Under the pieces are notes generated by a model, which worked only from the letters and a program-made list of their open reading frames with translations, did not search any database and had not been told where the DNA came from. A stretch of DNA of 49,106 nt from Octopus bimaculoides (Eukaryota), in NCBI RefSeq assembly GCF_001194135.2, contig NC_068981.1, positions 36,967,989-37,017,094 of the forward strand, in the 5' to 3' direction. Of the stretch, positions 48,525 to 49,106 are shown piece after piece. The translations under genes and the position numbers were made by a program. Each line of letters starts with the position of its first letter. The first letter of the stretch is position 1.

Positions 48525-48730
48525 ATATTTTCTACTCTAAGTAACTTTTGGGGAGGGGTCCAGTCAATTAGATCAACTTCAGTACGCAACTGGTACTTAA
48601 TTTATCGATCCCGAAAGGATAAAAGGCAAAGTCGACCTCGGCGGAATTTGAACTCAAACCGTAAAGACAGACGAAATGCCGCTAAGCATTTCGCCCGGAG
48701 TGATAACGTTTTTGCCAGTTTCTGCCTTAC
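48525..48730 (-). mobile_element. SINE family A copy
   Basis: GAAAGGATAAAAGGCAAAGTCGACCTCGGCGGAATTTGAACTC...GCTAAGCATTTCGCCCGG. Confidence 0.9.
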
Positions 48731-49012
48731 TAAGCAGTGATAATAAACATATATAAACAAATTAACAAATATAAGGAAAAGTCTCGTATATATATATTTA
48801 TGTGTGTGTGTACGTATTTATATGTATGTATGCGTGTGTTTTTATATCGTCAGAAAATATATTGCTGGCTATAGAATGTCACTGGTTTGAACGTGACTGC
48901 CGGTTTTGAGATGAATATTGCCATTAGACAAGATTAATGACTCTTCAGATAAATGTATGTCGGGAGTTATCAATAATGTCTTGTGACTGTATTTTATTTG
49001 TGTGCGTGTATG

Positions 49013-49014
<2 letters not shown>

Positions 49015-49106
<92 letters not shown>
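49015..49106. repeat. (TA)n(GA)n compound microsatellite
   Basis: Directly visible. Confidence 0.95.

Noticed and set aside
48915-48956. Minus-strand CTGAAGA followed by a 7-bp hairpin
   Set aside because: Followed by AATA instead of GAAA, with no stem I or III partner.

Overview
AT-rich, microsatellite-dense eukaryotic DNA with seven N gaps. The repeat content points to a cephalopod, most likely Octopus; this is an inference from repeat families, not verified. I found no convincing host protein-coding exon, tRNA, rRNA or CRISPR array. The window is dominated by mobile-element debris: about 18 copies of a tRNA-derived SINE, one CORE-type SINE, remnants of R4, Tx1/L1, HERO, RTE, CR1-like and Penelope-like retroelements, and remnants of hAT, Tigger/pogo and mariner DNA transposons. 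The most interesting signal is a set of short head-to-head fold-back elements embedded in (TA)n tracts that encode minimal type I hammerhead ribozymes (HHR). At 29962-30200 an 84+84 bp palindrome carries an HHR on each strand, with a CCGAUGA core variant. A second, more decayed family member lies at 28238-28541, inside a ~1 kb templated insertion flanked by a perfect 41-bp direct repeat. A different fold-back at 5503-5809 holds a canonical-core HHR, and a solitary HHR-like motif lies at 34766-34816. Other oddities are SINE dimers with a triplicated target-like spacer (twice), an inverted SINE pair sharing private variants, an internally inverted Tx1 element sharing a (TAA)n with an R4 element, and a CpG-rich island with ETS motifs and a splice donor. 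Coordinates of decayed remnants are approximate.
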